A DNA stretch of 64,000 nt from Limosilactobacillus sp. Lineage in GTDB: Bacteria; Bacillota; Bacilli; Lactobacillales; Lactobacillaceae. Shown here piece after piece: positions 63,014-64,000 of this stretch. Both the position numbers and the translations under genes were made by a program. Location: NCBI RefSeq assembly GCF_041859915.1, contig NZ_JBFLGB010000002.1, positions 2,097 to 66,096 of the forward strand, read 5' to 3'. Positions within the stretch are counted from its first letter, which is position 1; every line of letters starts with the position of its first letter. A model generated the notes under the pieces. The model had not been told where the DNA came from. It did no database searches and saw only the letters and a list, made by a program, of their open reading frames with translations.

Positions 63014-63664
63014 TTGCTCAATCAAATTATCCATTATTTTCAAACAAACAGTGGTCAGTATTGGCACTATGTTGGTCAACATATTGGGATTAGTATTCTA
63101 ACCCTGGCAATTTCGTTGATCATTGCGTTACCATTGGGCTATTTAGGTTCACGGATTAAACCGGTAGCCAGTTTCTGTACAGCTTTTGCCCAAGTGTTAC
63201 GGATTATCCCCAGCCTAGCGCTTCTGTTTTTGCTAATTCCTTTTATTGGGACTGGGATCGTGCCGGCGCTGATTGCCTTAGTGGTGTTAGCCTTACCACC
63301 GTTGTTGATTAATACGATTCTTGGCTTCAACGAGGTTAGTCCAACTTACAAGGAGGTTGGATTGGCTCTTGGAATGGACCGTAAACAATTGCGTCAGAAG
63401 ATCGAAATCCCCTTGGCGCTCCCGTATATTTTAAATGGGATCAAATTAGCCTTGGTGGAAATTATTGCTAGTGCTACCTTGGCAACTTACATCGGTGCCG
63501 GGGGCTTAGGAACTTTGATTTTTACTGGCCTAGGGCTCTATGATATGTCCTATGTTGTCATTGGAGCAGTCAGTGTCGCTATCTTATCATTGTTAGCAAT
63601 GCTTGGATTTGATTATCTGATTAGGAAGGTGCAAAAGAATGACCAAAGCAAGTATTCAATTTAA
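63014..63664 (+). CDS. Osmoprotectant ABC transporter permease
   Basis: IPSLAL, EAA-like loop EVGLALGM, IGAGGLG; TTG start with SD AGGAGG. Confidence 0.88.
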   Translation: MLNQIIHYFQTNSGQYWHYVGQHIGISILTLAISLIIALPLGYLGSRIKPVASFCTAFAQVLRIIPSLALLFLLIPFIGTGIVPALIALVVLALPPLLINTILGFNEVSPTYKEVGLALGMDRKQLRQKIEIPLALPYILNGIKLALVEIIASATLATYIGAGGLGTLIFTGLGLYDMSYVVIGAVSVAILSLLAMLGFDYLIRKVQKNDQSKYSI

Positions 63665-64000
63665 ACACGTTAAAAAGAGCTTCGGAGGTAACATGGTTAT
63701 TCCGGACCTTTCTTTTACGGTCAACCGGGGTGAATTTGTGACGATCCTTGGTTCTTCCGGTTGTGGGAAAACGACCACGCTGAAGATGATCAATGGCCTT
63801 TTAAAACCGGATAGTGGTCAAATTTTAATCGATGGTCAGCCATTGGCAGATCTCGATATTGTCAAATTACGTCGTCACATGGGTTACGTGGTGCAGCAGA
63901 TTGGCCTTTTTCCTCATATGACAATTGCCCAGAATATCGGGGTGGTTCCCCAAATGCTGGGTTGGGACAAGGCCAAAATAGTTTCACGTGTAACACAATT
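63639..64000 (+). CDS. Osmoprotectant ABC transporter ATP-binding protein (partial)
   Basis: Manual translation MTKASIQFKHVKKSF...GSSGCGKTTTLKMIN...LRRHMGYVVQQIGLFPHMT. Confidence 0.88.
   Translation, partial: MTKASIQFKHVKKSFGGNMVIPDLSFTVNRGEFVTILGSSGCGKTTTLKMINGLLKPDSGQILIDGQPLADLDIVKLRRHMGYVVQQIGLFPHMTIAQNIGVVPQMLGWDKAKIVSRVTQ
63980..63995. other. Putative parS site
   Basis: Reverse complement TGTTACACGTGAAACT matches 15/16 of TGTTNCACGTGAAACA; ~23 kb from oriC. Confidence 0.5.

Overview
Lactobacillaceae chromosomal DNA spanning the replication origin. From ~17 kb to 64 kb it carries a Limosilactobacillus-like core region: htrA-yycJIH-walKR, two tRNA-Lys(CTT), ppk2, dnaB-rplI-gdpP, rpsR-ssb-rpsF, gyrAB-recF-dnaN-dnaA with bipartite oriC, rpmH-rnpA-yidC-jag-mnmEG, asnB-murE-lepB, a three-gene Shango-like defence operon whose TerB-N/C protein carries an extra N-terminal MmcQ/YjbR-like domain, an Rrf2 redox operon and an OpuC-type ABC transporter. 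The left ~17 kb (galE, LCP, D-LDH, nucleoside hydrolase, a divergent rlmH and many small membrane proteins) looks like a different lineage, so a chimeric or recombinant junction inside htrA is possible. The strongest unannotated signal is at 9.9-11.0 kb: a 22-aa hydrophobic peptide gene, a divergent sRNA complementary to its start region, and an array of further paralogous terminator-ended sRNAs, which together suggest a type I toxin-antitoxin locus with an antitoxin array. A promoter-to-terminator transcript of four SD-led micro-ORFs lies between asnB and murE. All calls come from reading motifs by eye; no database searches were run.
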